Assembly (NCBI RefSeq): GCF_009834535.1
Contig: NC_045696.1
Location: 55,616,001 to 55,680,000 of the forward strand
Reading direction: 5' to 3'
Source of the DNA: Camelus ferus
Lineage: Eukaryota
DNA length: 64,000 nt
Under the pieces are notes generated by a model. That model saw only the letters and a list, made by a program, of their open reading frames with translations, ran no database searches and was not told where the DNA came from. Positions 12,971 through 27,341 of this stretch are shown one piece after another. Within the stretch, counting starts at the first letter, position 1; each line of letters opens with the position of its first letter. Made by a program: the position numbers and the translations under genes.

Positions 12971-13893
12971 AAGAAAATTGGGATGGAATGCTAAAGATTC
13001 CGCTGAAAAGAGGAGTGGGGGGGGTAGGTATGAAAAACATTTTTCCTTTTCTAAATGAAGAAAAAACCACAGCTTTTACTGGTCCCTACTGGGTTAAAGG
13101 TAAACCAGGCCAGCTCTAGGTAAACCTGTCATGCCCATAAAATGTATTTTCCTTTCAAATTCTTCTTCCCTACTTAGGTTGTGACTGCTGTCTTTATTGG
13201 GAGCCCCAGTCCTCCTACTCCCTCCCTCTTCCTGTTTGGGAAAGATATTATTTACACTAATTGGCCAAAGTTTAATAATTAAGTGTCATATAATCATGAT
13301 GGATTGCGAAACCCTGGGGCATGGTTGCATACTACTTGCTCAAGAACATCCACATCTATGCAAACAAAATATTCTTACTGCTGACCCAGTATCCATCTCC
13401 CATCACCTTCCTTAGATTATCCCACCATGTCCCGGCCCTGTCCCAGGAAGCTCAGCAGTACCAGCGGCTTCTCTCCCAAGTCATGCCCTGGCCCCACCTT
13501 CCTTCCAAATCAAAGGCTTTCTGAGCCCTGGGGCTTGGGCTCCACCCCTTCCTATCTGATCACCAACCGGGTGCGCCCGAGGCAGCCCTGCTGTACCCAT
13601 TACTGATAGGGAGCAAGGACAGGAGGATGAAGAGAACAAAAACAGGATGCAGCCTGGGAACCGAGACACAGAGGCACCTGCTGTAGGCCTGGAGCAGGCT
13701 CACCAGGAGGCTGTGCTCAGAAAGAACAGGCCGGAGCACAGAAGGATGAAGACGGGAGGGAGGGAGGGCAGGAGAGGGCTTGGTCGCATTTGTGTTGTTT
13801 TCAAGCAGCAGGATTATGGATACTGACATGAACACATCTGGAGGCCTCAAACAGCAGTAAAAACCAAGACAAACAGCCAAAGCTTTTTCATAT

Positions 13894-13899
13894 TTTACT
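13894..13899 (-). terminator. B4GALT4: Probable B4GALT4 poly(A) signal, variant AGTAAA
   Basis: AGTAAA on the minus strand about 770 nt after the stop, preceded by U-rich/TGTA sequence and followed by a GU-rich tract (ttggctgtttgtcttggttttt). The next canonical AATAAA I noticed is at 13193-13198. Confidence 0.55.
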
Positions 13900-14665
13900 A
13901 CAGAGGTACTTCCGATGTATTATTAGCTAATATATAATTTGTAAACTGCTGATTCAGATCCTACACGTACAAAATCATTTTACAAAAATGCTCTAAAAAC
14001 TAGGAGACAACCTGTTGTCTGCTGGGCTGTCCCTGGAAGGCGTCTCTGGGCAGTGGCCCCCACTGCAGAGAGGCAGCAGCGGCACCGCGGCCACTCCCCG
14101 TCTGACACTGTCCTTCTGCCACCTCTTCAGCCCCAAGCTCCCTGCGTCCTGAGTCTTCACCTTTCTCCCCCTCCTTCAGCCTTTTCCTCACCTGGGACCC
14201 ACCTCTTCACAGGTGACCACGTAGGATAAATGAGTAACAAAATATGTCTTCATCCTTTCCTCCCCTGGATGAGAACAATTCTGGTTCTCTGGGACATTCA
14301 GCAATCTTAATTTCCCAGGGCCTTTTTTGTCCTAGAAAATAGGTACCACTTCAAACTTAAATCTCCTTCCACCAGAGTTCTCAATTAGCCTTCAGGGTAT
14401 CTATGAGTAGCCCTTCGACACTTGGTCCTTCAAGGATCTGCATTACACTATTCAACCCTCATGATCAAAACAGCCAAGAAAGCTGTCTTGTTACAGTTGT
14501 TTCACATTCCGTACCACCAGGAGCTCTGCTAAGAAAATACAAAAAAGGAGAATTCAGCTCAATAACTGGCTGCAACAAGTTCTTCAGGTGTGCTACTCGG
14601 GGAAGTCTAGGCAAATTATTGCAATCAGATATTCAGTTCCTCCAAACGGCAGCAGAAGGTCCTGG

Positions 14666-14798
14666 TCATGGGCCAGACCAGAAATCCACTGTGATGTTGA
14701 TATATAAAGGATTGTAATCCACAGAGAGTAATTTGTAATCACAACTGCTCAACCCATCTGTTTTCCAGACTTGTGACACCTGATGTAAGAGCTTCATC
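14666..14798 (-). CDS. B4GALT4: B4GALT4 last coding exon (MKLLHQVSQVWKTDGLSSCDYKLLSVDYNPLYINITVDFWSGP*)
   Basis: ttttatctttag| acceptor, 133 nt, TGA at 14666-14668; summed CDS 1035 nt = 344 aa + stop. Confidence 0.96.
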
Positions 14799-15203
14799 CT
14801 AAAGATAAAACGAACAAATGTGAACAATAAGATAACAACGTAATATCCATTGCCACTGCTTTTTGCCTTGCCACAAAGTCTGGCAAAAGCATCTTTGCAA
14901 ATTATTGCCTTTGTTGGGTTTCCTACTGCAGAAGTTTATTTTCCCCACCTAAGGTAATGGACACCAATAACAGCCTGGTGTTCACGGGTCTGTGTAAGAC
15001 CCTGAGGACCATTGATGAGAAGAGTGCTGTACGCAGTTAGCCCCAGTCTACAGGACAGAAGGACATACAATGATCCATGTCATCCACTGCTGACAGGTCC
15101 TTTGATAAGCTTCAAGGGATCTATGAATCCTCCCAGGTTACTGGGACAACTTCATGTCCGCAAGCAAGGAGGGGACAGAGCTTTCAAAAGAGTCTCAAAC
15201 AAA

Positions 15204-15324
15204 AATATGAAAACAAATATATGTATGTACATGCACGACTGGGACACTGTGCTGTGCATCAGAAATTGACACATTGTAACTGATGGTACTTCAATTTAAA
15301 AATTTTTTAAATTAAAAAAAAGGA
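15204..15324 (+). mobile_element. Short lineage-specific L1 3' fragment
   Basis: 13-bp TSD agtctcaaacaaa at 15191-15203 and 15325-15337; A-rich tail. Confidence 0.75.
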
Positions 15325-17518
15325 AGTCTCAAACAAAGTTAGACAGTATGCAGAGAAGGCTGAATGAAGCGGCACCTAACTTCATAAGGGACCCCGGGAG
15401 GGGTGGCAGAGAAGGTAAATGTGACCAAGGCTTAAAAGAGAAGAAAGTCACCAAATGGAGAAGGTGAGGGAAAGGACACCCAGGAAAAGAGACCTCCCTG
15501 TGCAAGACACATACATGCCTAATAGGATGCATCTGAAGAAGAAGTAATTGTGTGGCCAGAGCCAGGGGATGCAGGGAGAGGGGTGGGTGGTAAGCTGAAC
15601 TGGTCTCTAGGAGCTTAGCAGTGAAAAGCACACATTTCAATTACAACAACAATGTAGATGGAGACCAGAGGCATAAAGTTGAGCTAAATAAAGTCAGAGG
15701 AAAATACTACAGTGTGGTTTCATTTATATAAAACTGAATAATATGCAACACTAAACAATCTTTTGTATAGGGACGCAAACACATGGAAAAACAAGAAAAT
15801 CGAGAAACAGCAGAAATAATTATAATTATCACCAAAATTCAGGCAAGTGTTACCTCTTGGGGTCGGGGGAGGATACAGGATTAGGAAGGGCCACACAGGT
15901 AATGGGCAGAAACTGGCTAGGGGACACCGCCAGTGTTCATGGTATCAAAGACTCTTCAGCCCTTTCATACAGTTTGTAAGTATTCTTTTGTATCTACTCA
16001 TTAATTACTTTTTTTAATTTAAAGAGAAAAATGCACACCTATAGGCAAAGACTCAAAAGGCACATGGAAAAAAGAAACAGTGTTTTGTTAAAGTGGTAAA
16101 GGGTTAGTTTTGGTCCTAATAAACGGGCTAAAAGCCTTTTAATACTGTTTGAAAATGTAGACTCTAACAAAAAGGCAAAAGCCCTTTAACACAGTTTTAA
16201 ATTTTAGGGAAAAAAAATCAGAACAAAGAAATGCAGATTTTTTTCAGTCATAGCCCCTAAAAGAACTAGTTTATCAGTCAGGATTCCTAAGTGAAAAGGT
16301 TAATTCCTGGAGCAGGAAAAGTAGGTGAGCCTAGAACACCTCATCACACCAGAGCCCAGGGAAAAATAGCTCTCAAAACCACTGCAGTTATGTCAAAGGA
16401 TTCAGGAGCCAGCTTCAGGAAGAGCCCATTCGCCAAAGATAAGACAATCTGAGCAGCAAAAAGAATGTTAACTCCATCCAGAAGGATGGGGAGAACATCA
16501 CCTCATTCTGAAATGATAAATCAGTGCTGATTCTTTCCCTTTTTATCCTGCCTTTTCTATAAGAACCATTTCCCAGGGCACTCAACAGATGAGGAAGGCA
16601 CATCAATTCTTTGTGGGAAAATCTATCTAATAAACACTAGAAGGAACGATGGAATATCAGAAGTTTACAATCCCTACTTGAATAATACATTTAGGCAACG
16701 ATCACCAATGGCTGCTCAAACCACTGGGCGAAAGACTGATGGGGACCCTCACGATGACTGGATGGAGCCGACAACACCTGAACCCACAGATGGACTCTGT
16801 CACCACCAACATGTGCCCAGATGCCACGTCCTCTTCTTGGGGTACAAAATGAGATACATGGCACCACTGAGGAAGTGCTCCTGCCCCAAAACAGTACCAG
16901 AATGAGTGTTAAGTCTCCAGACTGAAGGTCCTATTTACAAGGACACGCAGAGGTCAGAAGCACAAATTAAGTTACAGCACAGGGATGCAGATGGCAAAAC
17001 CCATGATGTAGGAAATCTCAGACAAATGACCTGGTTTATTCAATAAATAAATTACAAGGGGAAAAAAAGGAGGAGGGGGGAACCTACAGATTAAAGGAGA
17101 CTTCAAAGGGAGCATCTAAATGTAATCTGTGGACCTTGTCTGATCTGAATAAGCCACCTGTTAAAAAAATTTTTTTAAGCATTTATGAGATAATTAGGGA
17201 AATCTGAACACTAACTGGGTATTTGATGACAATAAGAAAGCACTGTTATTTTTATTTAAGGTATGACAGTGGTATTACTGTTCTTTTTTTAAGGTTTTTT
17301 CTATTTTAAGAAACACTGAAGTATTTACACATGAAATGCTGTGATATCTGATTTACTTCTCAAGAAGCCCATGAGGGAGAAGAAAGTGGGAGAGAAGAGA
17401 GACCAGGAACTGATAACTGCTGAAGTCGGGTAGGGGCACGTGTGTGTGAGAACTCAACACCCCATTTCCTCTGCTTTTGAGTCTGTTTGAAAATTACCTT
17501 AATAAAAAGCTCTGAACA

Positions 17519-18116
17519 CCCTACTTCAGGATGACACCTGCACCCCAATGTTCATAGCAGCACTATTTACAATAGCCAAGACATGGAGACAGCCTAAATG
17601 TCCATCAACAGATGACTGAATAAAGAAGATGTGGTATATTTATACAATGGAATACTACTCAGCCATAAAAACCGACAACATAACGAACGCCATTTGCAGC
17701 AACATGGATGCTCCTGGAGAATGTCATTCTAAGTGAAGTAAGCCAGAAAGAGAAAGAAAAATACCATATGAGATCACTCATATGTGGAATCTAAAAAAAA
17801 AAGCAACAAAAAACAAACAAACAAAGCATAAATACAAAACAGAAACAGACTCATAGACATAGAATACAAACTTGAGGTTGCCAAGGGGGCAGAGGGTGGG
17901 AACGGATAGACAGGATTCCAAAATTGTATAACAGATAAACAAGATTATACTGTATAGCACAGGGAAATACACACAAGATCTTATGGTAGCTCACAGAGGA
18001 AAAAATGTGACAATGAATATATATATGTTTATGTATAACTGAAAAATCGTGCTCTACACTGGAATTTGATACAACATTGTAAAATGATTATAAATCAATA
18101 AAAAAAGTTAAAAAAA
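17519..18116 (+). mobile_element. Young 5'-truncated L1, antisense in a B4GALT4 intron about 100 nt from an exon donor
   Basis: Perfect 15-bp TSD aaaaagctctgaaca, AATAAA plus poly(A), well-preserved L1 3' end. Confidence 0.92.
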
Positions 18117-18225
18117 AAAAAGCTCTGAACAAAATAAACGAGTTCATCTGATCAAATTCAGCATAGTACTATGGACAGGAGAAACCACACAGGGCGCCTG
18201 CCAGGCATGTGGATCCAGGACTTAC

Positions 18226-18330
18226 CGTTCTATATTCACCTCATTGCCTTGGTCTCTCTTGTGGAAGATCATAGTATATTTACCCACTGCAAGCAGTGGC
18301 CGGATTATTTTCATTTTATGAAGCTCAACC
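18226..18330 (-). CDS. B4GALT4: B4GALT4 coding exon 5 (VELHKMKIIRPLLAVGKYTMIFHKRDQGNEVNIER)
   Basis: tttttccag| acceptor, CG|gtaagt donor, 105 nt; MIFH motif. Confidence 0.96.
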
Positions 18331-20259
18331 CTGGAAAAATAACAGGGATTTAAAAAAAAGAAAGTCTATCCCACTTACCTACCACTAGGCACTTAAAAAA
18401 GAATCATCAGCAAAAATTTACACACATGTGCACATACAGAGTCACACATATCTTGACTATGGGGTATTAAAAAAAAGAATTTTTTTATAATGTTGGGCCT
18501 CAGACAATAAGTCCATAAAAGAATCACATTGAACATTTACTACTGGGGTACAAAGAAGATGTGTCACTTTACAGTTTGTTGTTTTCCAAAAACAACTGAG
18601 AAAGTACATTTTAAAAAACATGACAAGTAGGCGAATCAAGTTTCTTAGGATCCTTAATTCACTTAGTGCTTCCTTCTTTGACAAAGAAAGTAATGATTGT
18701 TAAAGGTCAGAATCTAGGTTCAAATCTAGACTTTGTTGCTTACAACCTTGGTGAGTCAGTTCATCATTCTAGGTCTAGGTTTCCTCACCTGTAAAATGGC
18801 AACAGTGCTACAGAGTTGATCGGACAGGCTCAAAGGAGACCGTCCTTGGGGAGCATGCTTTGCAAACTCTAAGGTACTGTATAAGTGCAAAAAGGGTGGT
18901 GCCTGTTGCACAGGTGAGTAAATAAGTATTCAGTAAAGAAATCTCAACCAACTTTCATGTACCAATCAGTTGGTTTATCCAGAGCATTAGTCAAGAACCA
19001 CTCTGGATGCCATGATGTTCTCATCAAATGAAAGCAAGACTTGGGGCTCCCCTTTCCCTTGAAGCTGAGGAGCAACAGGAAAAAAGAGAGTGAAGATACA
19101 TGATCAGTGCAAAATTCTACTAACCATCCTATCTGGGCAGAGAAGTGGGTTTGGGGAAGATGATGGGTACCGTCAACCCCTAGGCTTTGCTACTCCTGCC
19201 CTGAAACCTTGCAGGCACCCTCGGTCCACTTCCTAAGCCACGGCCACAAGGGCTGCTGCTAACGGGCTGGCCCGTGAAGCTGCCCATCCCTATGGCCGTT
19301 CCCATGCAGCCTTTGGTCAGGGAGACCCCTCCTGTCAGAAACATTCCAGAGACTCTCAGCCTAGACACAGGAAAAAAGATCAACATGGAGCCCTGGCTTC
19401 TTCATGCCGAAGCAACGAAATATCTCCGGTAGTCACAAATCTATTAATTTCAGAACCTCAGCTGAGAGATTTCCTTTCCAAGAGGCAACAAGAAGAGGAA
19501 AGGGGTCTCTTAATAAAAAGGCCTTGTTATTACAAGTCTGAAGATCCTGGCCCCCAGCTCTTGAATAATTACTTATGTCTGGGAGCTAGGGATACCCACA
19601 ACCATCTGGCCACGAAACCCAAGTTCAGGAAAGGGGGCTGACAGAGGAGACCAGACATATCTCCGGTGGATTCCCCCAAGCAGAAAAGAGTCCAAGAGAA
19701 TCTGAGAGTCGTGCCAGCAGCTCGGATTCAGGCCTGGGAGTCAGGCCAGCAGCTGCTCCCCCAGCGTGTGGGGCTGGCTCATGTAGGAGGACACCCTGGT
19801 CTGCTTCAGGGCACGCAATGCCTCACAGGCTGCTAGCATTCCCTGCTCCACACATAGGGAACTGCCAGGGTCGCCTAGAGTCTGAGAGAAAACATAGGCT
19901 TCTAACAGGCCCTCTGGCCACTTTCCTCAAATTACAGCTTTGCAGACACCCTGCAGTTTGAGACTTTTCATTCACTGGCAAGACCCTGTCTCAGTAAGGA
20001 ATATCCACTGACAAGTCCACAGAGACCTCCATCAACACTCCTGGACCCCAAACACCCACAAGCCAGGACAAGATCACCTTCCACCATTTCTAAACTGTCA
20101 GTGGCAAAGAACAATTTGGGCCACCCTGCCCTCCCCCCACTCCCTGCCACCCCTGAAGCCCAAGTCGGACCCTCATGACCTGCTGGACTGGCATCTACAG
20201 AAACCATACACACCCACTGCTAGGAGAGCCCCGTGAAGGGACATGTCTCTGTTGTTCAC

Positions 20260-20382
20260 CTGAGTCTGAGGTCATCGTCTTCGCCTCCCCATCCCCAGTA
20301 GTTGTTAGAGAATCCATTCACCTTGAAAAATTGCTCTCGGCTTAGGGCAGTAACACCCCCAAAATATCCACTGTAACGTAAC
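20260..20382 (-). CDS. B4GALT4: B4GALT4 coding exon 4 (LRYSGYFGGVTALSREQFFKVNGFSNNYWGWGGEDDDLRLR)
   Basis: ctccag| acceptor, AG|gtgaac donor, 123 nt; catalytic WGWGGEDDD motif. Confidence 0.98.
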
Positions 20383-22687
20383 CTGGAGCCAAAGAAAGGA
20401 GAGAAAAGACCATTAGCACAAAGCCCTTTTGTTCTCCACAGAAGCTTCAGAAGTCTCGCATTGCAGGGCTGGCATTCTAGGACACTTTGAAGACTGTGCA
20501 CTTTCATCCATCCACTCCTGCTTGACATCCACCTCCCCACGTTCCCGGCCTTTTGTCCTCTGTCTAGACAAGTGCTCACATCTGCTCACTAAGCAAGGTG
20601 CCACCCACCAGTTATTGTTAATGTTTGTGTGCAGAGGTCTACCTGTAAATGTGCACTAGAACATCAGATCTGGATGATGGATTTCATCTCATGGGCCAAT
20701 CAAATGAACAGTAGTGGCTGCTAAGGGTAGTAGGTTAAGAAGGATTCTGAGGCTGCATCCAGGTTCAGCATGTGAATGTCATAATGAAAATACTGTTTTT
20801 TTGACTTTTACTTTTTTTAGAGAGAGAGTGGGGTTGAGAACAGAAGACAGCTCCTGTACATACTTTGAATGTAAACCTCCACCTTTGTGCATGCAAATCT
20901 CTATCTCAGAGTCTGTTTCCTGGAAAACTCAACATACCTCAATAACCCCGAGGTTTCTGGCTTGGGCAACTAGGTAGGTGACGGTGCCTTTCACAAAAAT
21001 AGGATATACAAACCAATAATTAGGTTTTGAGAGGAAGACAATAAATTATGGTTCGGATAAGCTGAATTTGAGATACCCTTGGGGCTTCTGCCAGTGGCAA
21101 AAAGGATACAGGGTACAAGTTCAATACAGAGGAGTGGCAACAGATACAGCTTTTGAAATCAGCTGCCAAGAGGTGGTACCTGAAGGCATGAGACTAGGAA
21201 AAAACTGCCCAAAGACAATGTAGTAAGTGAAAAGATAAGAGTACAAAGGGCAGAGCTGGGGAAATACCAACAAGGAAAAGGGGAAAGAGAAGAGGTCAAC
21301 AGGTGCCAGTCAGAGAGCACTGCCCACTCATACAGAGCTCATGGATTACTAAGAAATAAAGACATGCCTTGACTAGAACACTGTAGCAATTCAGAAACGC
21401 AAATGAAGGCAGCCTAATAACTTGGATGTTACCGAATAAAAAGAGGTGACTATATGGAGGATCTCTAACTTTAACTTCAGTTCAAAGCATTCCAGGACTA
21501 ATTAAATATTTCTGCTTTTCCAGATAAGGAGAAAAACCAAAAGGAAAGCTCAGTAAACATGTAGACACTTCCTATGTAACAGGTGGAGTCCCGAAGACTA
21601 ATCTGTAGCTCAGCTGTTCATTTCCATGCTCTGAGTATAGACATGGAGGACACTTGTTTAACCCATAATGGAAACTGATTTACTTATATACCTCCAACCT
21701 AAAATTCTGGAAAATGACAACCCAAGACAACCAAAAGGAACAAAGTGCTCAGAAGGCAGCTATTACTGACCAAGGACGGCCACTGCAGCGACCTGTTGCT
21801 ATGGTTACTGGACTCATCTGACAAGGAAGGGATTCCTAAGCTACCTGACAACCAGCAGCCTCATCAGGACACTGAGTAGAATGACTGTCCAGGCATAACC
21901 GGCCACGCACCAACCAGAGGCCACCAGGAGGGAAGCAGCACTGGTGCTTTGGTAGTGATCCACCACATAATGACTATACGCTGTGCAAAACGGCTGACTG
22001 AACACTGTAATAAGTAGGCCCTGCCCTCCCACAGTGTATGATCTAACACAAGAGGTGAACATGATCGGGGTTCTGAGGAAGGAGATGCCACATGTCAGGT
22101 CAGGGGGCCTAGGAGGATTCAGACAGGTAGAAAATGGGGGAACTTCCGGTGATCAGAACTCCACGAGGAAAAGCAAAGAGGGAGAAAAGTGCAGGCCATC
22201 TGAGGAGCACCTGGAAACCAGTCCAGCTGCAGTGGGAGGTGCAGGAGACCAGTTGGAAGGAGAGGTTAAAGAACTCTCAGTCTCTCAAGTACCTCTTAGA
22301 TGGCAAATGTCTACGTGTTTATTGATCTCTGCTTCTGGTTTTTCTTATCTAGAAAATCATGAATATTTGATTGGCCCTGAAACAGTTTTATTTTTAAAGG
22401 GCTGTAAGGCCCAAGGGTGGGGAAAATGTAGCCATAAAGTAACAGTAGAGTCCTTGTAGAAAGCTGGCAGTAAAATTTGCCACCAGTTGGTACCTGACCC
22501 ACAGCCAGTGGGATAAACCAGATTTATTTCTGTCTTCATCAGAGTCTGAGACAAGGTACTTTAACTTCTTCCCTCTGCATGTGTATAAAGTGAAACTACT
22601 TCTTGCACTTAGCATCATACTCGCGGGGCAGTTGTGACAATGAATAGTGTGCTGACCAAAGCTCTGTGGCGCAGGGACACACGGCTA

Positions 22688-22701
22688 CCAGCAGGGGGCA
22701 G
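22688..22701 (+). promoter_or_regulatory. Candidate CTCF site
   Basis: CCAGCAGGGGGCAG matches the core consensus CCASYAGRKGGCRS without mismatch; lies in a B4GALT4 intron. Confidence 0.55.
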
Positions 22702-25201
22702 ACACTTCAGCTGCCTGCAAATGCACCTGCCAGCAGCTAGAGGAACTTTGCCCAAAGGAACAAAGTAAAGTGGCCAAGGGCAACCCCTACATTACCTATG
22801 CAAACCTCCTCTGGATCACAGAAGATAAGGCAGTTTACACTGATACATATGATAAAGTAGAAAAATATAAATGACAAGCCAGGACCAGAGGAAAACTGAA
22901 ATCAGATAAAAGATTCAAATAGGAAACATTAGAACTCTGATCTGCAAATAAGATTCTTTTCAGTTTCTAAAAGATGACCATGGATTTGGCTTAGAGCTTC
23001 TTGCCTCCAGATCAAAAGATGAGACACATTCAATCACCTGGTTCACATTAAGAAAACCGCCAGTTACTCAAGGAAGACAAAGGCTTCCTGGTATCTAGTT
23101 ACAAAAAGAAACATCTGGCCGGTTATAATAGTAAGTTAAAACAGCAGGATTCATACAGGGGCTGTTTTCAGTCACACTGAAGTTTCACTCAAAATCGGTT
23201 CCCAGCAGAAATGCCCAAGACTTCATTTTCTTGTGGTCCAGCTTAATGCAAAGATAAAATCTAGAATCCCAAGAAAAGGCCCGTCCTTAATACGATCCTG
23301 TGTATTCACACTCCAAAAATGAACAACAACAAAAAAATCCCAAGTGGTCGTCATTTCTGACCACAGATGTTTAGAAAGCCTGGGTAATGGGAAGTCATCG
23401 TCTAGGTGAAGGGTCTGAAGCACAGGTATTCTGGATTGTAGAGAGTGACACCTCATCACCAACAAGTGAGCAGATGGTTGGCATGCTTCTGAAAATACCG
23501 AGGTACCAGAAAGCAACACCTCCAGATAATGATTAAGATCAAGTTCCCCAAAGGAGAACATCCTGAGATTCTCTCCCAGGCCCTTCCCCTGCCCCCCGGC
23601 CCCAGTGCCCGTGGAGTAAGGAGGCAGGAACGTGGCATCTTCCCTGAGCTGCTCCATCCCACACACTACAGGCCACCTGAACTGAGTTTTCTCCTGTCAC
23701 TCTCTGGCTGTAATCATGTATCAGCAGCTCCCTAATTCCTTCCACAGGAGCCCAAACTCCTGACCAGACTGAACAAGGCCTGCAGAATCTGGCTGCCGTC
23801 CACCCTCACCTCTTGCCTCTCCTCCCTCTGCCATCCCAGACGTTCATTCTGCAGCACTAACAAACTACCCATACTTCCCCCAAAACTGTGCCATGATCTC
23901 CCTCACTTCCATGTCTTAGAACGCTGCCGGGAAGCTGCCATTGACTCCACAAGATGAAGGGGTCATGTTCCCTGAGCAACAGCTTTAAACCCTTCCCTAG
24001 GTGTTTCTTCAAGATGGGGCGCTCTCACCCACTGTAGCTTATTCCTATTATGTAGCTTTGTTTATTATATCCCACACCTCACAGCGGGGCTGGGCTTAAA
24101 GTCAGTACCTGAGGAAAAAATCACCTGTGGGCAGTACTAATCTGGGGAATCTCTTAAACAATCCAAAGTGGGAAACCTGCACAAAAAGAACAACATGGAA
24201 ACCAAGACCAGGGGAGGTATCAAGAGATTCACAGTTTCCATCTGGTGCTCACTTCCCAGAATAGACACTGGTGGAATCTCTTGTATTATTTTACGGTTTT
24301 ATAGTTCTCTCTCCTCTCCTCTCCTTGTCATCACCAAATGCTTCCAGTTGAATCTGCAGAAGCGAAGTATAAAACGGACACACCTCCACCGCAGGTCTGT
24401 CCCCCACACCAGCACACCACAGGGAGCTGTGTGAGGGCAGGCACTCAGCCTTATTCAGATTGCTCTCAGGGCCCCTAGCTCAGTAAGCACCCCACATAAG
24501 AGCACCCACGAAGGGCAGGGCTTGAGGGAAGCGGACAGGTAAGTGTGCACACATATAAGCAAACACACAGTTTTCCTTGTGGAGAATTTTCTTGGTCACT
24601 GTTTTCCCTCAGTTGTTCTTGAATAGCAGCTGGCTTAAAACAAGGTGGAAAAGCAGCTCCCCCTCCCCTGGCAGGAGAGGGGCCGGAAACGAAGACAGGT
24701 GTGATGGGGCCAGGCTCTTCCCACAGCGGCTCTGAGAAAGAGCTTGTCCTGGGTGTCCTGGCTCCTGAGCAGACTACTTGATGGATATGCCGTCCCCACT
24801 CTCCCTCCAAAGCCTGGAAAGATGCCACTGTCTGCAAAGAGTCCCACAAACGAGGCCTAAACGTTGCCCTCGGGGGCACACTCGCTGCCTCCCGGAGGCA
24901 GAAGTCAGGGTTAGACAGATGAGTCACTTGAGTTCTACTCGTTGCAGAGCGCTTGCGAAAGTTCCACCAGGGAGGCGAAGGCAGGTGAGGCAACGCTTGG
25001 ATTATTTTCCCTCTCCTGCTCACTCCCTTCCGTCTTTGTGATCCTCTGCCAAGGCTGTTGTAATTTCTCTAATTCCTGTTTTGAACTTTAGGTGGCAGAT
25101 TATGGACCATTTTTCCTATTTCTCATTTTCCACAGACACCCCGGACACCATGTCTGCACAGCCTCCTCGACCCAAGCAAGCCGTGAGCAGAGCCACCTTA
25201 C

Positions 25202-25389
25202 CTGTACCCAGTGCTGTTCCTGCCAACCACCAGATGCTTGGGCTGGTCCTCACACTTGTAAAGGTTCAAATCATTCTCGGGCACCAGGTCCACATCATGG
25301 AATATAAAGCAGTCCCAATTTTCTTCCTTGAGAGCTTCTAGATAGCCCACATTCAGGAGTTTGGCACGATTAAACTTTTTACTTCCAGC
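25202..25389 (-). CDS. B4GALT4: B4GALT4 coding exon 3 (AGSKKFNRAKLLNVGYLEAL...FIFHDVDLVPEND...NSTGYR)
   Basis: ctatag| acceptor, AG|gtaagg donor, 188 nt; contains FNRAKLLNVG and the DVD (DxD) metal-binding motif. Confidence 0.97.
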
Positions 25390-27108
25390 CTATAGATAAG
25401 GAAATTAAAACCTGAGAAGCTTTAAAAGACAAGATCTGACACTGTGCCCTTCTTCAGCGCAGATGCAGGAGCTGGTATTATCCTTGCCAACTCACAAAAC
25501 TATCTATATGACATGAAAACAGACCCTTTGTTTTTCTCCTTACGTTTCATATAAACTTATATTCCATAACCTAAAAACACCTTGAAATGAGGAGTTGCTG
25601 TTTAATGGGTTTAGAATTTTGGTTTTGCAAGATGAAAGATTAGCTGAGATGAGTTGCCCAATACTGTGAATACACTTAACACTACTAAAGTGTATGATAA
25701 AAATAAGATAGTAAATTTTACGTTATGTGTATTTTACCATAATTTTTAAAAAAAAACCATAGTTTAAAATACAAATAAAATAATTCAAAAAAATTTTTAA
25801 ACATACGTTTATTTATTCCATGTAAAACTACAAAACCTGTCTTACATACGAGTCATGTCAGTTATCACTGCTTCACTGTTCGACTCTCAGCTAATCTCAA
25901 CCTACCCCATGGAACTAATTTACACTAAACTTCTAAAAAATATAGCTTGCCAGAAAGGATCAAGAAATCTTGACCTACACACAGAAAAGGTTACCGCCAA
26001 TTTCCAAAGCTACTTAAAAATCTTGCGGAATCACTGTAACAGAATCCTGCTTTAACACTTAATGGAAGAAGCTAATCCTCACAGTGGCCTTACTGGGGTT
26101 TGCCATTGGGTAAGAAAAGAACACAAATCAACCAGTACTCTAATCAAAGCTATCGTAATGAAAAAGTGTTTTACAGTATTAATTTTTTCATGGCTCTTAG
26201 GATCAAATTCCTTAAGAATAAATTCCAGTTCAATGAACAGTTTATCACAACAAAAGTACAGGCAGTTCTCAAAACTCACCATAGCATTTTCCTAAAAAGA
26301 GTTAACACAAAGCAGACATATTTTTCCATTCATAAAAATATTATATGCTGGCAGTTGCTACCCTGAGTAAGAACTCTGAATGACTAATAATGCTAAAAAC
26401 AATTATGAACCAATATAATAGTAAAATTTTGTTTCAAATCCTTAAAAAAATGGGCATAGATGTACTATGTATACACACACTGATTTTCAAGAGCCTCAGT
26501 TTTTATAAAGTATACACTGCAAAGCTGCATCCTTTGACTTGTCAAAAGTTTTCTTGAAACAAATATTACCAGTTATAACCAACATTAGGCATGTAGTTAA
26601 TGATTTTGCTTGCATTCTAAGCATTTGCAAGGATTGAGAGGGAATTATTTGGATGGCTCATGATAATTTGGAAAAGCTAGCCATGGATATTTATGTTGAT
26701 ATCTTATTTTTCTTTCAATAAATGTTAGTATCAAGTAGAGGCATCTGAGATCACCACTCCACCTAGAGCTCACCTCCTCAAGAGCGACCTGCACTTTTAC
26801 TCACTGTGTTTCTACTAAATCATGTGTTTCTACTAAATCATGCTTCTGGAGGCCAAACAAGAGACTCAAAAAAGTGAAAACTTAGCAAAATGCTTTACAT
26901 AATAGTGGCAAAGTTAAAGGCAAAAAGGTGGAGACAGTCATAGAATTCCATGGCAGTTAACACACAGTAATCGGTCAAATCCTCTGTCTAGATCCCTACT
27001 GAATAGCCATGTTCAATAACAAAACCCAATTTCAGCATCTCATCGTGGCTAAGTTCCTGAGAGAGAGGAAGGAGTGGAGGCAGAGTCCAGTCTGCCTCCC
27101 GCACTCAC

Positions 27109-27341
27109 CTGGTGGATGATGTAGACGCCATACTCCAGCTGCTGCCTCTGCAAGAAGGGGTGAAGGTGTTTGAGCAGGTACAGCAGGTGCTTCTCTCTGT
27201 TGCGATGTGGAATGAGGATGGCGACCCGCTGCGAAGCCCTGCACTCCTCAGGGTGATACCGGCCTCTGTGCACTTTGGGGTTTTCTGCCTGTACTTCCTC
27301 CAGAGTGAGGTCTGGTTTGAAGACGAGCTTGATCTTGCCCT
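27109..27341 (-). CDS. B4GALT4: B4GALT4 coding exon 2 (KGKIKLVFKPDLTLEEV...VAILIPHRNREKHL...YIIHQ)
   Basis: tcactgtag| acceptor, CAG|gtgagt donor, 233 nt, phases consistent, GT7 motif IPHRNR. Confidence 0.97.

Noticed and set aside
24475..25023. 182-aa minus-strand ORF in a B4GALT4 intron
   Set aside because: Non-ATG start, no recognisable domain, and not required by the intact exon phase chain.
26805..26842. 18-bp tandem duplication
   Set aside because: Ordinary intronic slippage with no evident function.
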